Positions 25,801-37,320 of a stretch of 64,000 nt of DNA are shown piece after piece; within the stretch, counting starts at the first letter, position 1, and every line of letters begins with the position of its first letter. Made by a program: the position numbers and the translations under genes. The notes beneath the pieces were generated by a model that had not been told where the DNA came from, searched no databases, and was given only the letters and a program-made list of their open reading frames with translations. The DNA is taken from NCBI RefSeq assembly GCF_004010195.1, contig NC_057757.1:7623198-7687197 (forward strand). The letters run 5' to 3'. The stretch is from Chiloscyllium plagiosum (lineage: Eukaryota).

Positions 25801-28800
25801 GCTTGCAGGACCTCTTGTTGACCTTGGAGTCGGCCTGTTCAAAGGTACCATTGTGTTTCACTGAAGTGCCGGAGCAGGCTGGTGATTCTGTTTATCTCTC
25901 GTCAGCCATTTTGTGTCTTAATGCTGGAGCCAGTGGTCTCATTTTATTTAACCCATGTCAGCCATTTTGTGTCTTTCAAACATGGGCCGCCCTTGCACGT
26001 TCCAGGACAAGAGAAGACTCTCAATCTATTTGCTGACTTTTTTTGTTTTGCTTCTCTGTACACAGAGGGAGTTATCCTGATCACAAACATGGAGAAGATA
26101 TTGACATGAAAGCTGCAGAGATACCAAACAAGAATTTGGAATACAATGAGGAAACAATGGAGCTTGTGCTTCCTTCTGGTTTGTATCCAGTCCTGATAGG
26201 TCATCTTTCATCTGTGTTACACAGACTGGGTTGAACAAGTTTCATGTTTATGGACTAAGTTGACAAATTTGCAGAGATCACTATTGTTGGTAATAAGTGA
26301 AATATTGCAGTTACTGGAAATCTGATTTAAAATTAAAATACTGGAGAAACTCCAATCTGGCAGCATTTGTGGAGAGTTTGCCTTGTTTTAAAATTTTGTG
26401 ACTTCTGTCTGTGTTTCGTTCACATAAATTAAGGTTGGTTATGCAAAAAAATTCATACATTCTGGCTTATATTTTCAATTTCTAAATGTTCTATTCTCCT
26501 TTCTTTGAAAATTAACATCAGGAATTTGCCCTAAAATGCTGAACCCTTTCAAATTTCAGAACATCTTTTTTAAAAATAATCTGTAACCAGCCTTTAAATA
26601 TAGATTTAAGAATGGCTAACTTTACATTTAACCCTGATGCAATGTATTTAACTGAGGGGTTCTAGAGTTCTCTGGCATTTGTCCATATTCGCTAAGAATT
26701 GGGCTTCAACATTCAAGACTATTTATGATTATTACTGGTAAATCAGATTTTCAGTTATTAATGCCTCAAATGGCTATACCACAAGAACACTTGCCAGAGC
26801 AAGAAAGATAATTTTTAGTTACTTTGTCACAATGTGTTGTCAAGGGTTTTAACAGTAATGTTCCACCTTTGCGATTAGATGGGCGATTGGTCAGCTTAAT
26901 GGGAGTATGATCGTGCCAGGTTTTGTCAGAGCAACAACAAAGTGCCTTTCATTCAGCACTCTCTTGCACTTATACTATCCATTCCCTCAATTCTCTTTTA
27001 GGTAGATTTGGAAAGAAAATCTTCATTTGTAAAATTCATTTTCAGATTAGGCCTTCAGTAATATTTGTGATGTCATTTTAATGCATGCATTTATTACGGT
27101 AGGGGAGGAGAGGCAGGACACGGTAGGTGGGTAGAAAAGTGATCAGAGTCAGAAATATCAAAATGCATCTAACATACCCAGGATCTAATTCAAAATGTTG
27201 ATACAATTCAGTGCATCTATGTTCTTGGTGGCAAAAAGTGTAAAAGTTCTATTCTTCAATGTAATTGTTTGTCAAAATATTTGCCCATTTATTTCCCCAA
27301 ATTCTGTTCTCAGCCCCTTTTTAAAATCAGTTTTTATCCAATCTGCTAATTTGGTTTTAGCCATAATTGTATCCACTGTAATATCAACAGTATTATATTA
27401 CAGTCACTGGTACCTATAGATGTTCCCCAATTGCTCTTATGTGCACTAATTTGTTCCCCATTGATCAATCTACCTGTTAAAGTTTTTACGTATTTGATGA
27501 GCAAGGATTCAAGTACACATTGTAGTTTTTCCATTCTTTTATCCCCTTTAACCCCTTCTGTCCAGTTAGTAGTGGAGCAGTTAAAATTCCCCACGATTAT
27601 CTTGGAGTGCTTTTACATTTTTGCATAATTCCTCCTCCAATTCTCTTCTCCGAATAGGTAGTTTGTCAGGGACGTCTCGTGTAGTGGATCCTTTTATTAT
27701 CTTTTCTCAATCCATAAGGACTGTCTTAGCCTGTTTTTGTTCCACATCCATAATGATTCTTGGTAAATACTACTTCATCTTGTCCCTTCCGATAGATGGT
27801 TGCCTCTTGACCTGCTGTTTCATTACATACGTTGTGTTGCTGTAATGAATTTAAACTAATTTAACTCTCTTTTTTACTTTGTTCAACCACCTTGTTAAAC
27901 TCTAGTTCTATAATTGTATTTCCTTGCCATCAATGCCTTCCTTGTATTTACCTGCTCTGTTCTATTTATGTTTGGGTTGCTTGCGTTTGTTGTGGAACCT
28001 TTTTTGGCATCTCCGTCTTTATCCCTTCTGTTTAGAGAGTATTGGGGCACTTCCTCTCCAAACATTGTTCCAGCATGGATAACATGCAGTAGATTTACTC
28101 TCTCCCTTTTGAGTTCCTCTCTAGCTGCCGAGATAAGCCTTACTCTGGTGGGAAATACAGCCTTTGGGATTTCTTGACTTGGCTTTAGAGGATGCTCTCT
28201 ATCCCCTTGTTCATCGAGTCCCTATTACTGCGACATTTCTATTCTGCTCTTTCCCACCCTAGACAGCTATGGTCCCTTCTTCTGCATTTTGGCTATCTTC
28301 TCTTTCCTTGCCCTCAGATAGTGAGCCTATTAGACGTGTAGAGAATACCAGTATTGGTAAGATCTCCATTTCAATCTCTTTCTCAGTCCACAGTATCTGG
28401 CTCCATTTCTATTCTTGAATGTGTTTTTTTTCTAGGAGTGTACTATCTAGATGGAAATTCTTCCCCCTTTCCATGTGTCGGAGTCTCTCCATTTCACACT
28501 CCAGACTAAGTTGGAGACAGTGAACATTTTAACTCGAGAGGGTCTCTGCCCTTAGGCTCCCACGTTTTGTAATATCTTGGACGTGGCTTGTTTATGTATT
28601 TATTTATTTAAAGACATGTTTTATTCTTTCATGGGGAGGGTGTTACTGTCAGCATTTACTGTCCATTCTTGATTTACTGAGTCAAGAGTCTGAGTGCAGC
28701 TGAAAACCAGTCACATTGTTGTGGGTCTGGAGTTGCGGTTAGGCCATGCCAAGTGAAATTATTAAATTATGTTTCAGAAAAGGACATTGGTGAACTAACT

Positions 28801-31800
28801 TTCGTATGACAATGATTTCATGGTTACAATTAAACTAGCTTTTAATTCCATGTTTATTAATTCAATTAGACTTTCGCTATCTGGGTGAGAAAGGTTTGAA
28901 CCCATGTCCCCAGAGGATTAACTAGAAGCTCTGGATTGCAAGTTCAGTGACTATACTATCACCCTATCACTTCCCCACTGGCTACAAAACATTCATCAAT
29001 TACGTAATAATTAGGCTATATGTTTAATATAGTGCTTGTACATTCCTGCTCTTGAACCAAACTAATTTGTAAACAGAATGAAGTCTTAAACCTCACCAAT
29101 CCATTACCAACCCAGTTAATATCTCGGTTTCAGTTGTCAGGACTTGCTGTGTCCAGCTCTCTCCTCGAAATCACTTTTCCTATAGAAAAGCGAGAAGAAC
29201 TCGGGCATTGCATTGATGAAATTCATTTTTGTGCTGGTTAGGAAATCGAGTTGTAACTTATTGTTAACTCTGAGCGTCGGGCTTTTTCATAAAGAAAAAT
29301 ATCATGGCATCTACCTGACACTGATGATTTATTTTGTACATGCACTTTCCTATTTTTGATGATGCAGAGGTGCTGGTGTTGGACTGAGGTAGACAAATTT
29401 AAAAATCTCACAATGCTAAGTTATAGTCCAGCAGGTTTATTTGGAAGTACTAGCTTTCGGACCTCAGGAGTCTTTTTCCTAGGGTGAAAATGTTAAATAT
29501 TGGGAGGCATAGATTTAAGGTAAGAGGCAAAAAGTTTAAAGGAGGTGTATAAAGCACTTTTTTTTCCAAATGTTTTTGGAGCTCTTAGCTACCTACAAAG
29601 GAGCTGTGCTCTGAAAGCTTGTACTTTCAAATAAACCTGTTGGACTCTAACCTGGTTTTGTGATTTTTAACTATTTATTGTGGGGAAAATCAGAGTCTAG
29701 GTTTGATGACAGAGCTTATTGCACAAGGAAATGCCAGAGCTCCAGGGAGAGAGTGAGTCACCAACAGCACAGTGGTCAGCTGCGATTCATCTCTCAACCC
29801 GGAGCACGTCAAGATACCTTTGTACATCTTGTGATACAATAGGTCAGTGATGAGATTATTGTCTTTGTAACATGACTTGTTTATGGTAATCATTGCAGAA
29901 TTGTTGATAGTTTTGATACAGTCATTATCAGTTCCAGTGCAGCCTTTGTTAAATTTTCAGCAAGGTTGTTAGCTTCAGTACAGGCGTTGTCAGTTTGTGT
30001 CTGCACGGAAGTCCATTGTTCTCATAATGGGCGCTAATCGCTCTTATGAGAAGGACGATTACTGCAGCACTGGCTACTAGCACTCTGTATTGAGTCCATA
30101 TCAAACTGTTAGCATTTCTACAAAAGGTGTTGGCTGGACCCAGACACTTTGGGGGCAGTGTACGTTACTCATGTGCATTCTCTTCCCCTACCCACCTTAA
30201 ACTAATCAGCGAGGTTTAGTGCATTGTATTGACGTTCTGGTGGCCCCAGGCAGTGTCTGTATTTGCTCTGCTGTCTCCATCCATATTGTGGTCTGGCAGC
30301 CATCTTATGTGTCAAGTGACCAACTCATGGCTCAGCGGCCATCTTGTGTGCCAAGTGTCACCCTGCTCCATGCCATCTCCCTCCTCATTATGATGAACAT
30401 TCCTGATTGATAGGATCTCAAAAATAGAAATTATAATACTTGAGACTTCTTGTGATTGTACATTTAAGGGGTTTTATGCCCACATGGTATGTTTGGTGGC
30501 AGGAAAGGGCTTTTAATAGAACAGTCCAGCACAGGAACAGGTCCTTTAGCACACCGTTTGAGCGCTGACCATTCCAAACTAATCCCATCTGCCTGTGCAT
30601 AAGCCAAGACCCTCTATTCCCAGTCTGTTCATGTCAGTCTAAATGCCTCTTAAACAATCATATCTGCTGTCATACATGCTTCTGCCACTTATCCTGGCAA
30701 TGCATTCCAGGCACCTCGGTTTTTGGGGAAAAAAAACTTGCCTTGCACATCTCCTTTAAACTTCTCTCCTCTTACCATAAACCTAGGCCCCCTAGGATTC
30801 AACATTTTCACCTGAGGAAAAAGACTCCTGACCACCCTATGAGTGGCCTTCCACCAGGCTTTCATAATTTTAGATTGACTCAGGTCGCCCTTCAGCCTCT
30901 GTCACTCTCTAGTAAAAACAGTTCAAGTTTCTCCAACCTTTCCTTACACCTACGACATTCCAATCTAGACAACATTGTGGTAAACCTCTATTGCACCCTC
31001 TCCAAAGCCTGTACATCCTTCCAGTAGTGTGGTGACCAGAACTGCGCACACTGCTCCAAATGCGGCCAAACTCAATTCTTATGCAGTTGCCACATGACTT
31101 GCCAAATTTTGTAATATTGGGCAAAAACATGATGGTCATTTAAATTAATCCCTTGTACCTGTCCATGGTCAATAACCCTCCTTTCCTTGCTAATTTATGT
31201 ACTTATCTAAAGCCACCTTAAACACCCATATTGTAGCTGCCTCCACTACTACCCCAGGCACCTAACACTGTTTTAAAAAAAACATCTTGCCCCTCTTTTT
31301 CCCTTAAATGCTAGGAAAAGATTGACTGTCAACACGATCCATGCCCCTCATAATTTTATAAACTTCTATCAGGTCTCCCCTCTGCCTCCATTGCTCCAAA
31401 GAAAACAACCATAATTTGTCTAGCTCTCTTTATAACTCATATTGTCTAATCCAGGCAGCAGCCTCTCAAAACCCTCCATATCCTTCCTGTAGTGTGGTGA
31501 CTGGAGTTGAACACAATACTCAAAGTGTGACCTAACCAAACTTTTATAAAGCTGCAACTTCACTTCCTTATTCTTGTATTTAATGCCCCAGCCAATAAAA
31601 GGGAGCATCCTATCTATTAATGTGGCCATTTTCAGGGAGCGATGGATCAGGACCCCAGGATCCCTGTATACATCATTGCTGTTAAGCGTCCTGCCGTTAT
31701 ACATTTCCTTAACATTTGATCACTCAGTGCAGCACCTCATGCTTGCCTGGAATAAAGTCCACCTGCCATTTCTCCATCCATATCTGAAATTAGTCGATAT

Positions 31801-34800
31801 GTGACTGTATTGTTTGACAACCTACTGTATTCACAACTCCCTTCTTCTCTCTCTTCTCTTCCCCCCTTACCCTCCATCGATCTTTGTGTCTTCTGCAAAC
31901 TTACTAATCCACCAATCAATGTTTTAATCCAAGTCACTTGTATAAGTCGCAAACAGCAGAAGTCCCATTACGCATCTCTGCGGAATGCACTACTTACGGA
32001 CCTCCAGCCTGAGAAACACCCCACTACCCTCTGCCTTCTATGGGCAAGCCGATTCTGAATCAATGCAGCAGATCCAAGCATGCATCTTAATCTTCTGTTA
32101 CACCACGGGGTAAACCCTTCTGCTTAATTTAAAACCAGCAACACAGAAAAGATTTGTCTCATGCAGTAGTCTATAAAAGTTCGTGTGGCCAGGGCTATGT
32201 AAAGTAAAAATTTACAATTTATTTTTTGTTATACTTTTGAAGTAAATTAACTAGCCACTATATACAGTTTCTTTCTCTAACCTATCTTTTACCTTCCCTT
32301 CTGTAATACCAGTCTGATAAAACTCCCAATTAAGGTTTACAAAAGGGACACAGACACACACACACACAGTCTTATATCCCAGACCCCCTATCCCTAAGAA
32401 TCCTCTTCAATAGTTTCCTGGTCACTGGTCTATAATTTCCTGAATGATCCCTATTTCTCTTCTTGAACTGAGGAACAACATTAGCTACTTGTCAGTCCTG
32501 AGGGACCTCTCCAGTGGTTAGAGAGGATACAAAGATATTTGTATCTTTGTCAGTGCCATTTGCTGTATGCTTTCCTCCTGCATTTGACCTCCCAAAGTCT
32601 ATGACATCCCATTGGTCCAGATTAAATTCCATCTACCATTTCTTTATCCACTTTCCAGCTGGCTATATCATACTGTATCGTTTGATAACCTTCCTTACTA
32701 TCCACAACTCTACCAATTTTCATTGTAAACTTAATATTTGGACCATGTTGTTTCATCTAAATCCTATTACTGATTACAAACAGATCCCAACACTGATCCT
32801 TGCAGTCCTCCAGTCAGAAAAACACCCTCTACAGCTGCCATCTGTCTTCTGTAACCAAACCACTTTTTCCAACTTGCCAACTCACCGTGGATCCCACGTG
32901 ACTGGACCAGCCTACCATGAGGGACTTTGATCAAGTCGATGTGGACAATATCATGACATCAAATTTGTGAGACAAGACTTCACCTGCTGGCTATTTTGAA
33001 TAAGTCCATAAGTAGACATTTTGCAAATCGTTAGCAAAAGTCCCATCTATGACCAAATGATGAAAGGAAAGTTATTGATGGAGCTGTTAAAGGTAGGCCA
33101 AGGATATTACCTTGAACCCCTATTGTGATGCCCTGTGGTTGAGATGACTGACCTCAATAACTCCAACCAGATATCTTTTCACCTTTGATTCCCATTGACT
33201 TTGGTTTTGCTCAGCCTGTTGAATCCCATGCTCTGTCAAATGCTGCCTTGATGTCAAGGTCAGTTATCTGGCCTCAACTCTGGAGTTCAACTTCTTTTGT
33301 CCACGTCTGGACCAAAGCTATAATGAGGTCACGATCTGATTGGGCTTGCTGAATGTCAGTAAGTACTGTTTGGGAACCCTGTTGACAATGCCTTCCATCG
33401 TTTTGATTTGAGTGTAGACTGATGGGACTGGGTGAGTTGGATTTGTTTTGCCTTTTGTGGACAGGACTGTATCCAGGTAATTTTGCAGGTGCTCCAAGAG
33501 TCAAACTGAAGAAATATTGAATAAATTAAATACGCTTGCAGTATTTTTAATTTTGTTTTTTTTTTTGCTGAATTTTCACAGGTGCCAGAATTGGTCATCG
33601 ATCATTGCTGAGATATTATAAACAACATTTTGGGATGTCTCGAACAGTGGCTACTACTGGGAGTAACACCTTGGGCAGAGTGCTACAGCAGTACAAGGCA
33701 CTGGGCTGGTCAAGTGAGCTTGGTACGGCAAACTCTGGATATTGGAACTCTGAAGTAAAACCTGCTGGAAATACTTGGGTTAAGCAGCATCTGTAGAGAT
33801 AGATGCAGAGCGAGCATTTCAAATCAATGATTATTCATCAGAACGGGAAAAAATTTAAAAATGCAATAAGGGTGGCTCAGTGGTTAGCAAATGCTGCCTC
33901 ACTGTACCAGGTACCTGGCTTCAGTTCCATCCTCTGACAACTGTCTTATGTGGAGTTTGCGCATTCTCCCTGTGTCCGGGTGCTCCAGTTTGCTCCCACA
34001 GCCCAAAGATGTGCGGGTTAGGGTGAATTGGCCTTGCTAAAGTGCACACTGTGTCCAGGGATGTACAGGCTGGATAAATTAGCCATGGGAAATCCAGGGA
34101 TTGGGTGGGATGCTCTTCAGAGGATCAGTATGACTCAATGGGCTGAATGGCGTGTTTCCACACTAGGAATTAAGATTGAGGAAGTTGGAGGGTGAAGGAG
34201 AAATGGGGAGAAAAGCCAGATGGAAGAAAGAAAGATTAAGCAACAAAATAATTGTTACGAGGCTGAAGGGAGTGTTAGTGAGAGCAGTAATGAAACAACA
34301 CTGGCTCAGGGGTTAGCACTGCTGACTCACTGCCACAGACCTGGGTTTGTTACCACTCTCTGGTGCCTGTCTGTCTATGTGGAGTTTACACATTCTCCCT
34401 GTGGCTGCACCAGTTTCCTCCCACACTCCAAAGATGGGCAGGTTAGAGTTGATTGGCCATGCTCAATTGTACAGTGTCCAGGGATATGCAGGCTGGGTGG
34501 ACTAGCCATGGGCAATGCAGGGTTACAGGGAGAGGGTTGGATTTGGGTGGGATGTTTTCTGGAGGATCAGTGTAAATCTGATGGGCCGAATGGGCTGCTT
34601 TTACTTTGTTCTGATTTTATGATTATAGAGTCATCCAGCATGGAAACGGACCTTTTGGTCCAACCAGTCCATGCCGACCATAATCCAAATTAAACTAGTC
34701 CCACTTGCCTTCTCCTGGCCCATGTCCTTCCAAACCTTTCCTATTCATGTATCTATCCAAATGTCTTTTAAATATTGTCATTTTATGAAAAGGTGATGAA

Positions 34801-35389
34801 CAATTATTGTCTAAATGGGGACAGGGAAGGGTGGAGGCAAGAATGAGCAAAGGGAAATCCTGCAGAAAAGGAAACCGAATGGAGGAGGGTCTGTTAGGCT
34901 TTGTAACCAGTCTGGAATGCTGTAACATGCCCATCTGAATCTTTAGCATGATTTGTGTTTCTGATTCAAAAAAAAAAGTTCTGCTGACTGATGCATTAAG
35001 TAAACAGCTGAACTTCTTGTGTGTTTACTTGAATGTATCTTGAGTGCTTGAAACCTCTGGATTTGTGGCAAATTCCACTTATTTTGTGGATTCCATTTTT
35101 CCAGTAAAATTAGTATTTCCTGTTGGAAATGTTCAGGTTGATAATACATCAATTCGCTGCTTACCTTTTTATTAACAAAGATCTGAATTAGCACTAATGA
35201 TCTGGTTATAAAGTGGTGACAGTGATGTTTTTTTTAATGTTCTCTTTCCTTACAGCAAAAGCAGCATCTCAGAGAAAAGAGCGGGACATGCAATATGTAC
35301 AAAGAATGAAATCCAAGTGGATGTTGAAGACAGCATTGTCCAACAATGCAACAAAGCAGATGCATTTCAGACCTCAAATCCTATTTTAG
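16265..35389 (+). CDS. ZNF622: Zinc finger protein 622 (cytoplasmic pre-60S maturation factor, Rei1/Reh1 family), 466 aa. CDS join(16265..16874,17442..17681,21425..21587,26066..26178,33582..33722,35256..35389)
   Basis: N-terminus MSSYTCITCHVAF..QRSHYKTDWHRYNLKRKVAEMPPVTAENFQERV; four zinc fingers; C-terminus ERDMQYVQRMKSKWMLKT..NNATKQMHFRPQILF*. All introns are GT-AG, phases match, and exon lengths sum to 1401 nt. Confidence 0.97.
17000..17265 (-). mobile_element. Rex1/Babar- or L2-like LINE 3' fragment
   Basis: LLQPLPS..RSLNTRTSRFRNSFF..IRLMN. Confidence 0.6.
17442..17681 (+). CDS. ZNF622: ZNF622 coding exon 2 (ZnF3)
   Basis: ctgctag|GT GAA TGG; EWEDVDS..ITDCLFCSHH..HMTKMHGFFIPDIEYLVDLKGLMKYL; donor G|gtaagt. 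Confidence 0.96.
18060..18200. mobile_element. Short fold-back PLE terminal-repeat remnant
   Basis: gtggtgctggaaaagcacagcaggtcagg versus cctgacctgctgtactttttccagcaccac. Confidence 0.8.
18398..21225 (+). mobile_element. Penelope-like element with long inverted 3' duplication (minus arm 18398-19230, plus body 19230-20437 and 21168-21225)
   Basis: GTSMGSPIS, VDDTFVI, LPFLDV, YRK; GIY-YIG VIYKIPCKNC; the arms are reverse complements. Confidence 0.92.
20438..21167 (-). mobile_element. CR1 fragment (with small fold-back PLE at about 20777-20955) inserted into the PLE hammerhead region
   Basis: SKFADDTKV, RGHSFKLRGGRYRTDVRGRFFTQRVV; flanked by tatg on both sides. Confidence 0.85.
21425..21587 (+). 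CDS. ZNF622: ZNF622 coding exon 3 (ZnF4)
   Basis: ttttgcag|GA; EKVGLGNVCLWCNEKGRSFYSTEAVQAHMVDSSHCKLFTDGDAALEFADFYDF; donor AG|gtaaca. Confidence 0.96.
21836..22060. mobile_element. Putative hAT (Charlie-like) MITE
   Basis: TIRs cagtgctttccaaa and tttgggaagctctg. Confidence 0.55.
22370..22575 (+). mobile_element. HE1-type SINE lacking its 3' body
   Basis: Intact tRNA-like head (gagttcaattcc B box), core, (tctaa)n tail. Confidence 0.9.
24985..25025 (-). ncRNA. Hammerhead ribozyme motif (PLE, inverted arm)
   Basis: Reverse complement reads tgca CTGAGGA c gtcact-agac-aggggac GAAAA GTC tgca. Confidence 0.6.
25323..25362 (+). ncRNA. Minimal type I hammerhead ribozyme motif (PLE)
   Basis: gca CTGAGGA t gtcacct-agac-aggggac GAAAC GTC tgc. 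Confidence 0.75.
26066..26178 (+). CDS. ZNF622: ZNF622 coding exon 4
   Basis: cacag|A; GSYPDHKHGED..LEYNEETMELVLPS; donor G|gtttgt. Confidence 0.94.
27390..28580 (-). mobile_element. Old CR1-like LINE remnant (ORF1 and endonuclease)
   Basis: Minus-strand VIGDS and GNFN motifs. Confidence 0.55.
29365..29672. mobile_element. Fold-back remnant of a third PLE family with a CR1 piece inside
   Basis: ttatagtccagcaggtttatttggaagtac versus gtactttcaaataaacctgttggactctaa. Confidence 0.65.
30515..33000 (-). mobile_element. Cluster of CR1 3'/RT fragments
   Basis: QLYKSLVRSHFEYCVQ..HYRKD and related motifs. Confidence 0.8.
33582..33722 (+). CDS. ZNF622: ZNF622 coding exon 5
   Basis: ttttcacag|GT; ARIGHRSLLRYYKQHFG..GRVLQQYKALGWSSEL; donor G|gtacgg. 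Confidence 0.92.
33870..34170 (+). mobile_element. HE1-type SINE (older)
   Basis: gtggctcagtggttagca head and SINE core. Confidence 0.8.
34297..34625 (+). mobile_element. HE1-type SINE (older), followed by a short minus-strand CR1 tail (to about 34775)
   Basis: Head and core similar to other copies in the window. Confidence 0.75.
35256..35389 (+). CDS. ZNF622: ZNF622 last coding exon
   Basis: ccttacag|CA; KAASQRKERDMQYVQRMKSKWMLKTALSNNATKQMHFRPQILF, TAG at 35387-35389. Confidence 0.95.
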
Positions 35390-35593
35390 CAATTGTCAGC
35401 AGACAGTATACAGGTCAACTGGCAAATGCAGAGGATAATTACAGCATTGAACTTTTGACTTCCTGATGTCTTTTCTGATTGGTTTATTGAGGCTTTTGTA
35501 GGTTTACCTTTGTCAAGTTAGAAAACTTAAGCAGTTTTCATTGTTGAAACCGTTGTTAAATACTTAATACAGTAATCCAATTTCATTCTGATA

Positions 35594-36473
35594 CATAAGA
35601 CCATAAGACATAGAAGTAGAAATTAGGCCACTCAGCCCATCGAGTCTGCTTCACCATTTGATCATGGCTGATATGTTTCTCAACCCCATCCTCCCGCTTT
35701 CTCCCCGTAACCCATGATCCCCTTGATACTCAAGAACCTATCTATCTCTGTCTCAAACTCTGGGGTGTTGTCCATCTGGCCAGGTGATTTATCCACTTTC
35801 TGACCACCTAGTTTTTCCAGCATCTTCACTTTGGTGATAGCCATCATACTCACATCTGCCCCCTCACACTTGAATTTTTTGTGTTCCACTGTGAAGATTG
35901 ACGCCAAGTAATTATTCAGTTCCTCAGCCATTTCATTTTTCTCCACTCCTATCTCTCCAACAGCATTCTGCAGCAGTCCAATGTCTACTTTTGCCTGTCT
36001 TTCACCTTTTTATACCCATAAAGAAACTTACAATAGTCCTTTATATTACTGGTTAGCTTACCGTCTCATTTGATCATTTGTTTCTTTTCTTTTCTTTTTG
36101 TTGCCCTCTGTTGGTCTTTGTAAGCTTCCCAATCCTCTGGTTTCCCACAGTCCTGACCACATTATATGCTTTCTCTTTTGCTTTTATACTATCCCTGACT
36201 TCCTTAGTCAGCCATGGTTGCCTTCCTGTACCATGCTGCTTTTCCCTTGGGGTGAGCCTCTGCTGTGTCTCCTGAAGTACTCCCAGAATCCCCTGCCATT
36301 ACTGTTCCACTGTGTTTCCTGCTCGGCTCCTCTCCCGGTCAATTCTCTCCAGCTCCTCCCTCCTGCTTCTGTAGTTGTCCTTATTCAGCTGTAATACCTT
36401 TCGAATTGCAGAGTAAATTCAATTGTATTATGATCACTGCCTCCTTAAGGGTTCCTTCACCTTAATCTCCTTC
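35594..36473 (-). mobile_element. Internally deleted CR1, about 200 bp after the ZNF622 stop
   Basis: cataagaccataagacatag tail; EMAEELNNYLASIFT; TSD ctgatacata at 35588-35597 and 36474-36483. Confidence 0.85.
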
Positions 36474-36883
36474 CTGATACATACTATGACAAATTTCTAT
36501 TATCAGATTGAAGATAATGACCAGTAGATCTGCCGCTGCCATAGCCACCAGGTAATGAGTGACGCATTTGCAAAGCCCACACTTCCCACATAATAGGATC
36601 CTAATTGCAATCACGTTGACTTGAATGAGGACACATTATTTATTGCTCAGTTATAATTCAGAAGTGATTGTTTACTTTATTTCTAGTAAAATAATCAAAT
36701 TAATTTTAAATAGACATCCAATGGTTTAGCTAGACACTGCAAGGTGACAGCAAGTTTACTGTTTAACATTCCATTTGAGGCAGTGTTTTACGTGTTTGCT
36801 TCTCAGAAATGAGAAACCCTCTGGAATGAAAGATATTAATAACTGTGTGGCCACAAAGCTATAGATCAGTGAAACATGATTAC

Positions 36884-36894
36884 ATTAAAATAAA
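36884..36894 (+). terminator. Candidate ZNF622 polyadenylation signal (overlapping ATTAAA/AATAAA)
   Basis: First canonical hexamers I found downstream of the stop codon. Confidence 0.4.
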
Positions 36895-36997
36895 ATTGCT
36901 TGGTGCGCAAGTACAAAAGGATATGGGAGGTACTTTTTCCTATAAGCTCAACCATTTGAACATGAGACATCCAGATTCTAAGATTTTTTCAAGTGGG

Positions 36998-37320
36998 TAG
37001 AATCATAGAATCCCTACACTATGGAAGCGAGCCCTTTGACACTCTCTGAAGAGTGTCCCACCCAGACCCATTCCCCTATTATTCTTCATTTACCCCTGAC
37101 CAGTGCATATAACCTAAACATCACTAAACACTATAGGCTATTTTAGCAGGGCCTATTCACCTAACCTGCGCATGATTGGATTTTGGGAGGAAACCAGAGC
37201 ACCTAGAGGAAACCCACGCAGATTCTGGGAGAATGTGCAAACTCCACACAGTCGCTTAAGGCTAGAATTGAACCAAGGTTCCTGGCGCTGAGGCACCAGT
37301 GCTAACCACCTGGCACACCA
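36998..37320 (-). mobile_element. HE1-type SINE
   Basis: Reverse-complement SINE core ggaaacccacgcag..gaatgtgcaaactccacaca. Confidence 0.85.
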
